Source of the DNA: Coriobacteriales bacterium
GTDB lineage: Bacteria; Actinomycetota; Coriobacteriia; Coriobacteriales; RUG844
Assembly (NCBI GenBank): GCA_017434185.1
Contig: JAFRFV010000050.1
Coordinates: 1-56,411, forward strand
Direction: 5' to 3'
DNA: 56,411 bases
Below, one piece after another: positions 1-7,850 of the stretch (the first letter of the stretch is position 1; each line of letters opens with the position of its first letter). Below the pieces are notes generated by a model. That model searched no databases and had not been told where the DNA came from. It saw only the letters and a list, made by a program, of their open reading frames with translations. Position numbers and translations under genes: made by a program.

Positions 1-339
1 GACCCGCATGTGCGCCGCTCGGTGGCGACCAACGAGTCCACTCCCGTCGACCTGTTGCGCGAGCTCGCCAGGGACCCGGACTCCAACGTGCGCTTCTGGG
101 TGGCTGCGAACCTGTCCTGTCCGCAGGATCTGCTGGACGAGCTCCGCGCTCAGGACGACCCCTTCCTGGAGGAACTCGACTCCGATGCACTTCTGGAACT
201 CGTCAACGCGGATCTCGCGAACGGTCTGCACCAGCTCATCGAGTTCCCCGGCGGCCCCGCGGCACCTGCGGAACCCGCAACCTCTGACACCGCACCCACG
301 ACTCCGCAGCAGGACGGTAACGACCCCGGCACCGGATGA
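1..339 (+). CDS. C-terminal part of an LRV/HEAT-like repeat protein (5' truncated by window edge)
   Basis: Open frame from base 1: DPHVRRSVATNESTPVDLLRELARDPDSNVRFWVAANLSCPQDLLDEL. It holds two copies of the D..VR..VA.N...P.DLL.EL repeat and ends at TGA 337-339. Confidence 0.6.
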   Translation, partial: DPHVRRSVATNESTPVDLLRELARDPDSNVRFWVAANLSCPQDLLDELRAQDDPFLEELDSDALLELVNADLANGLHQLIEFPGGPAAPAEPATSDTAPTTPQQDGNDPGTG

Positions 340-403
340 GCGTCGCTCCCGCGCTTATCCTATACTCTGCGTATCCACGCTGCATCCAACGAACGGAGGC
401 ATC

Positions 404-1309
404 ATGAGCAAGAAGAAGTCCATCCTCGCGACCATCCTCATCGCCGGGCTGACGGCCGCCATGGCCCTGGCCCTTTCCGGCTGCTTCGGCGGCCACTCCG
501 GTGGCGGTGGCACAAGCGGCAACGATGATGACGGCGGTCTCTTTGGCAACGGCGGCGTCGTTGGTGACACCGGCGACAAGCCCGATGGCGGCGGCCTCTT
601 CGGTGGCGGCAAGAAGGATGATGGCATCTACACGCTCATCTATTACGAGGCATATGAGCATGAGGGCACCAGGTCCATCAGCTGGACCTACGATGAGCAC
701 GGCTCATGCCTGAACACCACTTGGAACGAAGCGGACGGCACGAGCCGCACCACCGGCAATCACGAGTTCGACGAATACGGCGCCTCCACCAACAAGGTGA
801 CCGATTACTTCGACAGGAACGGGAACCTGACCAGGAGTCGCGAATCGAGCGACGTCTACACCTACGACGCCGAAGGCCGCCTTATCCAGGATGACGAGGA
901 CGACGGCGTGAGCACCTACTACGAGTACTACCCCAACGGCGTCCTCAAGATGAGCACCAACAGTCAGGGTTACCAGAACGGCTTCGACGAGCAGGGCCGC
1001 AAGAACCTCTACGACGGCGGTTTCCTGAACCGTGATGGCCGCGGGGCACTCACCATCAGCTACGGTGGGGTGAAGAACAACGAAGGCAGCTTCACCGCCT
1101 CGTTCGCCAATGGCGAGTCCTACACCTTCACCTTCCAGACCGATAAGAACGGCAACATCGTCGCCGTGTTCGACCCCAACGGCAACCAGGTCATCCACGC
1201 CGAGTACACCTACATCGCCGATCCCTGCAGCACCGCCCGCACGTACAACTACACGCGCAACGGCACCTTCATCGTGATCGATGCGGTCGAGGCCTACCTG
1301 GGTGTCTAG
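404..1309 (+). CDS. Secreted lipoprotein with Gly-rich linker and YD-like beta repeats
   Basis: GGAGG RBS at 395-399 and ATG at 404. Basic N-terminus, hydrophobic stretch and lipobox LSG-C. Repeats include WTYDEHGS, EFDEYGA, YFDRNGNLT, YTYDAEGRLI and FQTDKNGNI. Confidence 0.75.
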   Translation: MSKKKSILATILIAGLTAAMALALSGCFGGHSGGGGTSGNDDDGGLFGNGGVVGDTGDKPDGGGLFGGGKKDDGIYTLIYYEAYEHEGTRSISWTYDEHGSCLNTTWNEADGTSRTTGNHEFDEYGASTNKVTDYFDRNGNLTRSRESSDVYTYDAEGRLIQDDEDDGVSTYYEYYPNGVLKMSTNSQGYQNGFDEQGRKNLYDGGFLNRDGRGALTISYGGVKNNEGSFTASFANGESYTFTFQTDKNGNIVAVFDPNGNQVIHAEYTYIADPCSTARTYNYTRNGTFIVIDAVEAYLGV

Positions 1310-1333
1310 CGCACGCTTGAGATAGGTTCAGCA

Positions 1334-2521
1334 ATGGATAAGCCCGTCGATACCCCGGCTCTCCCGGCGCCCCAGGCCCCCGCGCCCACGACCCCCACAG
1401 TGCAGCGCAAGTCCAACACCGGCACCTACGTGGTGCTGGGCTGCGTCGCCGCGCTCCTGGCGCTCTCGCTGCTGGGCAGCCTGCTCAACGTGGGTGACCA
1501 CCTTACCGCGGCACATCCGGCGCTGGGCTGGGTCTTCTACGGGCTCATCGCCGTGCTGGTGATCGTGGGCGTGGTGGTGCCCATGATCAAGATCGCCCGC
1601 CGCCCCATCTTCTCGCTCTACCAGCTCCACGACGAGCAGGGCCACGCCAAGCAGCGCTGGTGCCAGTTGCTCGCCGACAACCTGATCGCCAATGCCAACC
1701 TGAACGACCAGGAGGTGCTGGAGGTGCAGGCGGCGTTGCAGGCGGGTGACCAAGCCGACGACCAGCTGATCGAGCTCTTCAAGAGGCACTGCATCCCGCT
1801 GATCGACGACCAGACCAAGCACGCCGCGACCACGGCGTTCCTGATCGCGGCCATCTCGCGCTCGCCCCTCATCAGCACCGTCACGATGCTCTCCATCTGC
1901 TTCGACCTGGTGAGCGGCATCGTGCAATCCTGCGGATTCCGTCCCACCAACCTGGGTCTCGCGCGCCTGTACACACGTGTGATGATAAGCGCCCTCATCA
2001 TCGGTGGCATCGAGGACGCGGACCTGGGCGACCTGCTGGGTCAGCTCATGGGCGGCGGTGCCGGTGCGCGCGTGGGTGGCTTCTTCATCGGCGCGACCGC
2101 AGAGGGTCTGGTGAGCGCGTTCCTGGTCTTTCGCGTGGGCGTGATCTGCAAGAAGTGGCTCACCGCCACCGATGGCCCCGCGCGCATGAGCCAGCTGCGT
2201 CGCAGCAGCTATCGCGAGGCTCTCGCGCAGATGCGCACAAGCGGCTTCATGACTACCGTGGCCGAGACCGTGAAGGACACCGGCAGCTCCGTGGCGTCCA
2301 GCATGGCGAACTCGGTGGCGGGCGCAGCGCGCAATGCCGCCGAGCAGGTGCGCACGCAAGCGCACGCTCACGCGGAGTCCGCACGAGCGGTCTTCAGGTC
2401 CATGATGTCACGTGGAGAGCGCGCTGACCGCAGCGAAACGGGTGACGACGCGAGCGATACCCCAAACAAGCGCACGGCTTCCGACCGCGTGGTCGTGACG
2501 CCCGCAGGCGACGAGCGTTAA
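1334..2521 (+). CDS. YcjF/DUF697-family membrane protein
   Basis: Two N-terminal TM segments, then AISRSPLISTV...YGFRP-like 'SCGFRPTNLGLARLY' and 'AEGLVSAFLVFRVG' segments typical of DUF697. Confidence 0.65.
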   Translation: MDKPVDTPALPAPQAPAPTTPTVQRKSNTGTYVVLGCVAALLALSLLGSLLNVGDHLTAAHPALGWVFYGLIAVLVIVGVVVPMIKIARRPIFSLYQLHDEQGHAKQRWCQLLADNLIANANLNDQEVLEVQAALQAGDQADDQLIELFKRHCIPLIDDQTKHAATTAFLIAAISRSPLISTVTMLSICFDLVSGIVQSCGFRPTNLGLARLYTRVMISALIIGGIEDADLGDLLGQLMGGGAGARVGGFFIGATAEGLVSAFLVFRVGVICKKWLTATDGPARMSQLRRSSYREALAQMRTSGFMTTVAETVKDTGSSVASSMANSVAGAARNAAEQVRTQAHAHAESARAVFRSMMSRGERADRSETGDDASDTPNKRTASDRVVVTPAGDER

Positions 2522-3060
2522 CGCTCAAGCGAAGCCATCACCAGCGACAATACCATGGGCGCCCAAGCGGTGAAGCGCTCCGGTGCGCTCGCCAGCTGTG
2601 CTGCCAGCTCATTGACACCCACCCAGCGCAGCGCGGCGATCTCGCTGGGATCGGGCGCGAACGCGCCCTCGCAGCGGCCTACCAGCACATGATCGTACTC
2701 GTGCTCGCACATGCCATCCTCGAAGACGGCACGGTACACGAATGCGCTTATCTCCCGCAAGTCGATGGCGCTGCAGCCCAGCTCCTCGCGCACGCGCCGG
2801 TAGGCGGCGTCGATCACGGTCTCGCCCGCACGCGGATGTGAACAGCAGGAGTTCGCCCACAGACCGGCGGAATGGTACTTGCCTGCAGCGCGTTGCGAGA
2901 GAAGCAGCTCCGGACCATGCTCGCCATCGCGCAGCAGCTGTACGCTGAACGCACGATGCAGGAGGCCCTCCACGTGGGTACGCTGCTTGGTCGCCACTCC
3001 CAGCTGGCGGTCGAGTCCGTCAACCAGGATGAGCTCATCGTTTGCAGCATTGTCCATCAT
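2518..3060 (-). CDS. idi: Isopentenyl-diphosphate delta-isomerase, type 1 (Nudix fold)
   Basis: Motifs H..GLLHRAFS, QRAAGKYH, WANSCCSHP, REELG and EHEYDHV. Confidence 0.93.
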   Translation of the reverse strand: MMDNAANDELILVDGLDRQLGVATKQRTHVEGLLHRAFSVQLLRDGEHGPELLLSQRAAGKYHSAGLWANSCCSHPRAGETVIDAAYRRVREELGCSAIDLREISAFVYRAVFEDGMCEHEYDHVLVGRCEGAFAPDPSEIAALRWVGVNELAAQLASAPERFTAWAPMVLSLVMASLER

Positions 3061-3177
3061 CGTGTGGCCCCCATGTCCGTCGCGCTTATCACGAAACCGT
3101 ATCGCATCCTGCGTGGAATACGCGCATACGGCTATGATACGCTAGAACGACCAAGGTGGGAGATGAAAGGGGTCTCT

Positions 3178-4371
3178 ATGGGCTCTCTGCGCCATGTGAA
3201 GGTGACGATCGTCGCTGTGTTGTGCGTTGCCGCTTTCGCATTCTTCGGGCTCTGTGGATGCGGCGGGAACGGTGGTTCCGGCGACCCGCTGGGTAGCTCC
3301 GGTGGTGGCGAGCGACTTTCCGTCACGGCCCCCGTGCACAAGGACAGCAGCTTTGGCGGCGTGTACATAGACGTCACGATCGATGAGTTCAACAAGCTGG
3401 GCTTCGAGTACGGCGACTGCGTGGACATCAGTTTCTCGAACGGCTACCAGCTCAACGGCATCCCCTATTACAACGGCTACTACGTGAACGTGGGCGACCC
3501 GCTGCTGGTGGGCTACCCCGGCTACCCGCACGTCGAGGCGGCGGTCAACTATGGCAGCCCCCTGTGGGATACCGCGGGCCTGACGGACGCTGACAGCGCC
3601 ACCATCACGTTGGTGCAGGCGGGCGCGTACCGCGACGTGCAGGAGGCCTTCAACATCAGCTACGGCATCGACCGCGATGCCTACGAGGGTACGGACCTGC
3701 AGTGGGCCAACTTCCGCGCCCTCTCCGGCGGCGACATGAAGCCGGGTATCGCGTACCGCTCCGCTTCCCCCATCGACAACGAGTACAACCGCGTCGCCTA
3801 CGTGGACAAGGCGATGCGGGATGCCGGCGTGGCCTTTGTCCTGAACCTGTCCGACAACAAGAGCGAGGCGCACAGCTTCGTGAAGGAATCGAAGGCGCAG
3901 GGCCTCGACATGAAGTACATAGGGGACCTGCATTCGGCGGGTGCGATCGCCTATCTGGACCTGTCCGCGAGCTATCCCACGCAGAGCTTCGCGCAGAAGC
4001 TGGTGGGTGGCCTGGAGCTGATGATCGAGAGTGATGGCCCCTACCTGATCCACTGCATCGAAGGCAAAGACCGCACGGGTTTCGTGTGCGCGCTGCTGGA
4101 GGCACTCTGCGGCGCGAGCTACGACGAGATGGCCGCGGACTACATGGAGACCTTCGCGAACTACTACGGCATCACGCTTGAGAGCGACCCGGCCAAGTAC
4201 AACGCGATCCTGCATCTGAACCTGGACGGCATGCTGCGCTTCCTCGCGGGTGCCGATGACGATGTGGACCTGCGCACGCTCGATTATCAGCAGGCAGCGC
4301 GTGACTACCTGCGTTGGGGCGGCATGTCGGACGAGGACATCGACCTGCTGGTGGAACAGCTGACGCAGTAA
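3178..4371 (+). CDS. Exported protein-tyrosine-phosphatase-like (lipo)protein with an extra N-terminal beta domain
   Basis: AAAGGGG RBS then ATG 3178. Signal/lipobox-like GLCGC. P-loop HCIEGKDRTG and 'YRSASP' motif of the Y_phosphatase3/DSP class. Confidence 0.8.
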   Translation: MGSLRHVKVTIVAVLCVAAFAFFGLCGCGGNGGSGDPLGSSGGGERLSVTAPVHKDSSFGGVYIDVTIDEFNKLGFEYGDCVDISFSNGYQLNGIPYYNGYYVNVGDPLLVGYPGYPHVEAAVNYGSPLWDTAGLTDADSATITLVQAGAYRDVQEAFNISYGIDRDAYEGTDLQWANFRALSGGDMKPGIAYRSASPIDNEYNRVAYVDKAMRDAGVAFVLNLSDNKSEAHSFVKESKAQGLDMKYIGDLHSAGAIAYLDLSASYPTQSFAQKLVGGLELMIESDGPYLIHCIEGKDRTGFVCALLEALCGASYDEMAADYMETFANYYGITLESDPAKYNAILHLNLDGMLRFLAGADDDVDLRTLDYQQAARDYLRWGGMSDEDIDLLVEQLTQ

Positions 4372-5201
4372 CGCAGCGCATCCTGCTCGCAAACGCTCAT
4401 GCAGGCACCGCAGCGGATGCACTCGCTGTGGTTGGGTGACTTCGCGGGGTCGACGCCCATCTTGCAGGCACTGGCGCAGGCGCCGCAGCCCACGCATGCG
4501 TCCGCGTCGACCTCCATGCGCAGCAGCGCGAACCTGTTGAAGGGCGCGTAGAAGGCACCCAGCGGGCAGAGGGACTTGCAGAAGGGGCGGAAGATAAGCA
4601 CCGCCACCAGCAACAACGCCAGCAGCACCGCGAGCTTCCAGGCGAAGAGCCCGCCAGCGGCCTCACGCAGCGCGCCATCGTTGGCCATGAGAAACAAACC
4701 CGCGAGTGTTCCCGACGGACACAGGTACTCGCAGAACGTGGGCGTGAGCTTGATGCAGATGGGCAGCACGACCACCATCAGCAGCAACACCACGTACTTG
4801 AGCTTGCGCAACGCGGCGTCACCCTTGAACGGATGCGTGAGGCGTTCGCGCACGCGTCGCAGCGCGGTTGGCAGCGGGATGCGGTGCAGCAGGTCCTGCA
4901 GGAAGCCGAACGGGCACAGGAAGCCGCAGATCGCGCGCCCCAGCAGCGCTCCGAAGAACACGAGCAGGCCCAGCACGTAGTACGGTAGTTTGAAGCTCGC
5001 ACCGCCCAGCGTCGCCTGCAACGAACCGATGGGGCAGGCGCCCACCGCGCCCGGGCAGGAATAGCAGTTGAGTCCCGGCACGCACACGGCCTTGATCGGC
5101 CCTTGATAGATGCGGCCGGTGAGGAATCCCTTGAAATTGGCGTTCTGCAGCAGTACAGCGACCGACTGGATGCCGCAGCGGCAGCCTTCGCGCTTATCCA
5201 A
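4305..5201 (-). CDS. Membrane 4Fe-4S binding protein (NapH/RdxA-like polyferredoxin)
   Basis: CxxC-P motifs LNCYSCP, CGFLCPFG, CEYLCPSG and CKSLCPLG, plus two C-terminal CxxCxxCxxxC clusters. The TTG start at 5201 overlaps the upstream stop and is inferred. Confidence 0.85.
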   Translation of the reverse strand: MDKREGCRCGIQSVAVLLQNANFKGFLTGRIYQGPIKAVCVPGLNCYSCPGAVGACPIGSLQATLGGASFKLPYYVLGLLVFFGALLGRAICGFLCPFGFLQDLLHRIPLPTALRRVRERLTHPFKGDAALRKLKYVVLLLMVVVLPICIKLTPTFCEYLCPSGTLAGLFLMANDGALREAAGGLFAWKLAVLLALLLVAVLIFRPFCKSLCPLGAFYAPFNRFALLRMEVDADACVGCGACASACKMGVDPAKSPNHSECIRCGACMSVCEQDALRYCVSCSTSRSMSSSDMPPQRR

Positions 5202-5340
5202 TGCCGATGCACTCCAAACAGATGCGGATGGCCTTGGCGAGCACATCCTGCGGCTGATCCAGCACGACACCCGTGACAACGAGCCCCACGGCCAGCAGCA
5301 GCGTTGCGGGCAGCACCCAGCGTTCCCAATCCATACGCAT
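5194..5340 (-). CDS. 48-aa CD1871A-family CXXC small membrane protein (absent from the ORF track)
   Basis: Read manually: MRMDWERWVLPATLLLAVGLVVTGVVLDQPQDVLAKAIRICLECIGIG*. One TM helix and a C-terminal ICLECIGIG; it lies between tlpA and the polyferredoxin gene. Confidence 0.88.
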   Translation of the reverse strand: MRMDWERWVLPATLLLAVGLVVTGVVLDQPQDVLAKAIRICLECIGIG

Positions 5341-5346
5341 GGCCTC

Positions 5347-5892
5347 CTACAGGTAGGGCTCGATGATGGATTCCCACTCCTTGTAGCTGTGCGAACCCAC
5401 GATCGGCTCGCTCAGCACGTTGCCGTCGCCATCCACCAGGAAGGACGTGGGCACGTAGCCGGTCTGGTACGCGTCGAAATCGCTCGTCACGACGATCACG
5501 GGATAGGTGGTCCCGCACTGGGCCATGATGGCGAGTGCGTCGTCCTTCTGCTTGACGGTCGAATAGGCACCGATGATCAGGAAACCCTGGTCCTTGTGGG
5601 CCTCGTACAGGCGCTCGAGGTCGGGCATCTCACCCACGCATGGCCCGCACCAGGGCTCCCACAGGTTGACCAATATGACGTTCGCGTCGCTGTAGTCCGC
5701 GAAGCTCACCTTCTGCCCGTCGATGGTGGTGGTCTGGAAGTCGAACCGCGCACTGGCACTGGGCGTTGGCGCGGGGGCTGGATCGGGGCCGTCCTCACCC
5801 TTGTGGCCGTTCCCACAACCCACGATGCAGGTCATGCAGATAAGCGCCGCGATCACTGCGGTCACTGCGGTGGTCCGGGTCTTCGTGCGCAT
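5347..5892 (-). CDS. TlpA-family thiol-disulfide oxidoreductase lipoprotein
   Basis: GAAGGAG RBS, lipobox IVG-C, active site NLWEPWCGPC and cis-Pro motif YVPTS. Confidence 0.88.
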   Translation of the reverse strand: MRTKTRTTAVTAVIAALICMTCIVGCGNGHKGEDGPDPAPAPTPSASARFDFQTTTIDGQKVSFADYSDANVILVNLWEPWCGPCVGEMPDLERLYEAHKDQGFLIIGAYSTVKQKDDALAIMAQCGTTYPVIVVTSDFDAYQTGYVPTSFLVDGDGNVLSEPIVGSHSYKEWESIIEPYL

Positions 5893-6075
5893 CTTCGCTC
5901 CTTCCACGTTCGTGGCGCAGCTCGATCGAGCCGCGGTGGAATCAGTATAGCCTTTGGCGCGGGAGTTGTCCTTGCATGCCCACGGAACGATGACATGACG
6001 TGGTTTTCGTGTAGCGACTTGCCTTGAACTGCGGTCGAGGCCCTATCATGTGTCCATTCAAGGGAAGGGAAGCCC

Positions 6076-7110
6076 ATGGACATGGATGAACTCACAAGAC
6101 GGCAGTTCCTGCAGCTGCTGGCCATCGCGGGTGGCACCGCCGCCGTGACGATGGCAACTGGATGCACGCGCTTATCACCTGAGGGCGCTGGCGAAGACGG
6201 CGCCGTGAACGACACGGACGACAGCGGCGATGCAACGACGCCGGATGCGGCGCCCGAGCCCGCCACCGAGCTGCTCGCATGCTTCATGCTGCTGAGCGAC
6301 ACACATATCACCCACGACAATCCCGTGCGTGCGGAGCGCCTTGCCGCGGCTCTCGAGCAGATCGACGCGTTCGACCCCCGGCCCGACGCCGTCATCGTGA
6401 ACGGCGACATCACCAATGGTTCGCGCGTGGTGGAATACGACCAGTTCTTCGAGGTCGCCAACGCCTCCGCTTTCGAATATGGCCGTGACCTGCTCACCAC
6501 CTGCGGCAATCACGACCAGCTGGCAAACAACGAGGGAAGCCAAGAGGAGTACGACTACGTGCGCGGCCTGTGGATGAGCAGGATGGACGTGCCCATGTAC
6601 TACGACCGCATGGTAGCCGGTCAGCACCTGATCCTGATGGGCCCGGACGGCATCGGGAGCTGGTGGGATCGCTTCAACATCACATCGGAGCAGGTGGCGT
6701 GGGTGGAGCGCCTGGTGGAGGCCGACGAGGCCGCGGGCATCAACTCGCTCATCTTCTGCCATGAACCGCTGCCAAGCACCGTGTACGGCACCGACGAAGG
6801 CCAATGGGGCTTTGGCGCGAGCATCGAGAACCCCGAGGAACTCGAGGCCATGCTCAGGCGCCATCCGCAGGTGGTGTTCATCACCGGGCACACGCACGTG
6901 GTGCCTGACGTGCGCCGTCGCAGTGATGCGGAACCCACGTACGTCAACGAGGGATCCTGCGGCTACAGCTACGACCCGCGTGGTGGGTTCAGACGCGAGA
7001 ACCCCCTGTCCAACGGCGTGGAGATGAAGGTCTACGCCGACCGCTACGAGTTCCGCTTCCGCGATTTCCTGGAGAAGACCTGGGGCAACGTCATCACCAT
7101 CAAGCACTGA
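6076..7110 (+). CDS. Tat-exported calcineurin-like metallophosphoesterase (probable lipoprotein)
   Basis: Tat motif TRRQFL and lipobox-like ATG-C. Metal motifs SDTH, NGDITN, GNHD, CHEP and TGHTH. Confidence 0.88.
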   Translation: MDMDELTRRQFLQLLAIAGGTAAVTMATGCTRLSPEGAGEDGAVNDTDDSGDATTPDAAPEPATELLACFMLLSDTHITHDNPVRAERLAAALEQIDAFDPRPDAVIVNGDITNGSRVVEYDQFFEVANASAFEYGRDLLTTCGNHDQLANNEGSQEEYDYVRGLWMSRMDVPMYYDRMVAGQHLILMGPDGIGSWWDRFNITSEQVAWVERLVEADEAAGINSLIFCHEPLPSTVYGTDEGQWGFGASIENPEELEAMLRRHPQVVFITGHTHVVPDVRRRSDAEPTYVNEGSCGYSYDPRGGFRRENPLSNGVEMKVYADRYEFRFRDFLEKTWGNVITIKH

Positions 7111-7155
7111 GACGCTTGGCGCCAACCCATCGGAGGGGATGGAGGTTCGATCACC

Positions 7156-7749
7156 ATGAACAAGGCCGACAATGCGATCGCGGTCGAAGTACCGCGCCTG
7201 ATGAGCCCTGAGAAGGCAATGGGCGTCATCGAGCAGTACACCGAATGGATCGACGACGTCGCTTCGCGGTACGGCGTGCCGGCAGCGCTCATCAAGGCCA
7301 TCCTCTACCAGGAGATGACGCGCATGGACGTGCTCGATCCGCTCGCTGACCTCGCCGTGCAGGTCACCCCGGGGCATACGCGCGACAGCTCGACAGGAAT
7401 CGCGCAGATCTTCGGCCACGTGGGGCTCGCGGCGGCCAACTACGCGATCGACCATGAACTCGCATCGTACGAATCGCTGGGGCTGGACACCGACCATCGC
7501 CTGGATGCCGCGGATCCCAAGGACGTGTTCCGCGTTTGGCAGAAGCTGCACGACGACCCCAAGGCCAACATCGAGCTCGCGACGCTCAACCTGCTGGTGG
7601 CCGCCGACGAGGTAGTGGGACGCACCGACTTCGGCAGCTTCAGCGACGACGAGATCAAGCTCGTGCTCACCCGCTACAACGCCAATGTGCGGCACATCAC
7701 CGCCTACGGCGAGGAGGCCTTCGAGCATTACAAGCGCTTCATTGCGTGA
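7156..7749 (+). CDS. Lysozyme-like / lytic transglycosylase (SLT-like) protein
   Basis: IDDVASRYGVPAALIKAILYQE (catalytic Glu position), SSTGIAQI (GLMQ-like) and LTRYNA (AYNA-like). GGAGG RBS. Confidence 0.6.
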   Translation: MNKADNAIAVEVPRLMSPEKAMGVIEQYTEWIDDVASRYGVPAALIKAILYQEMTRMDVLDPLADLAVQVTPGHTRDSSTGIAQIFGHVGLAAANYAIDHELASYESLGLDTDHRLDAADPKDVFRVWQKLHDDPKANIELATLNLLVAADEVVGRTDFGSFSDDEIKLVLTRYNANVRHITAYGEEAFEHYKRFIA

Positions 7750-7850
7750 TCGCTTGGGGATAAGCGCCGCACTTCTCCAGTACATGCGCGGACGCCTTCT
7801 TGTTGTCCCTGAGTTCCTGCAGACCAGCAGCGTCGCTGTCGCACATCGCC

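Noticed and set aside
8-403. 132-codon N-terminal extension of the first lipoprotein ORF
   Set aside because: It overlaps the LRV-repeat gene in another frame. The RBS and signal peptide place the start at 404.
404-1309. Rhs/polymorphic toxin
   Set aside because: It is too short, lacks the PxxxxDPxG core motif, and has no toxin tip or immunity gene.
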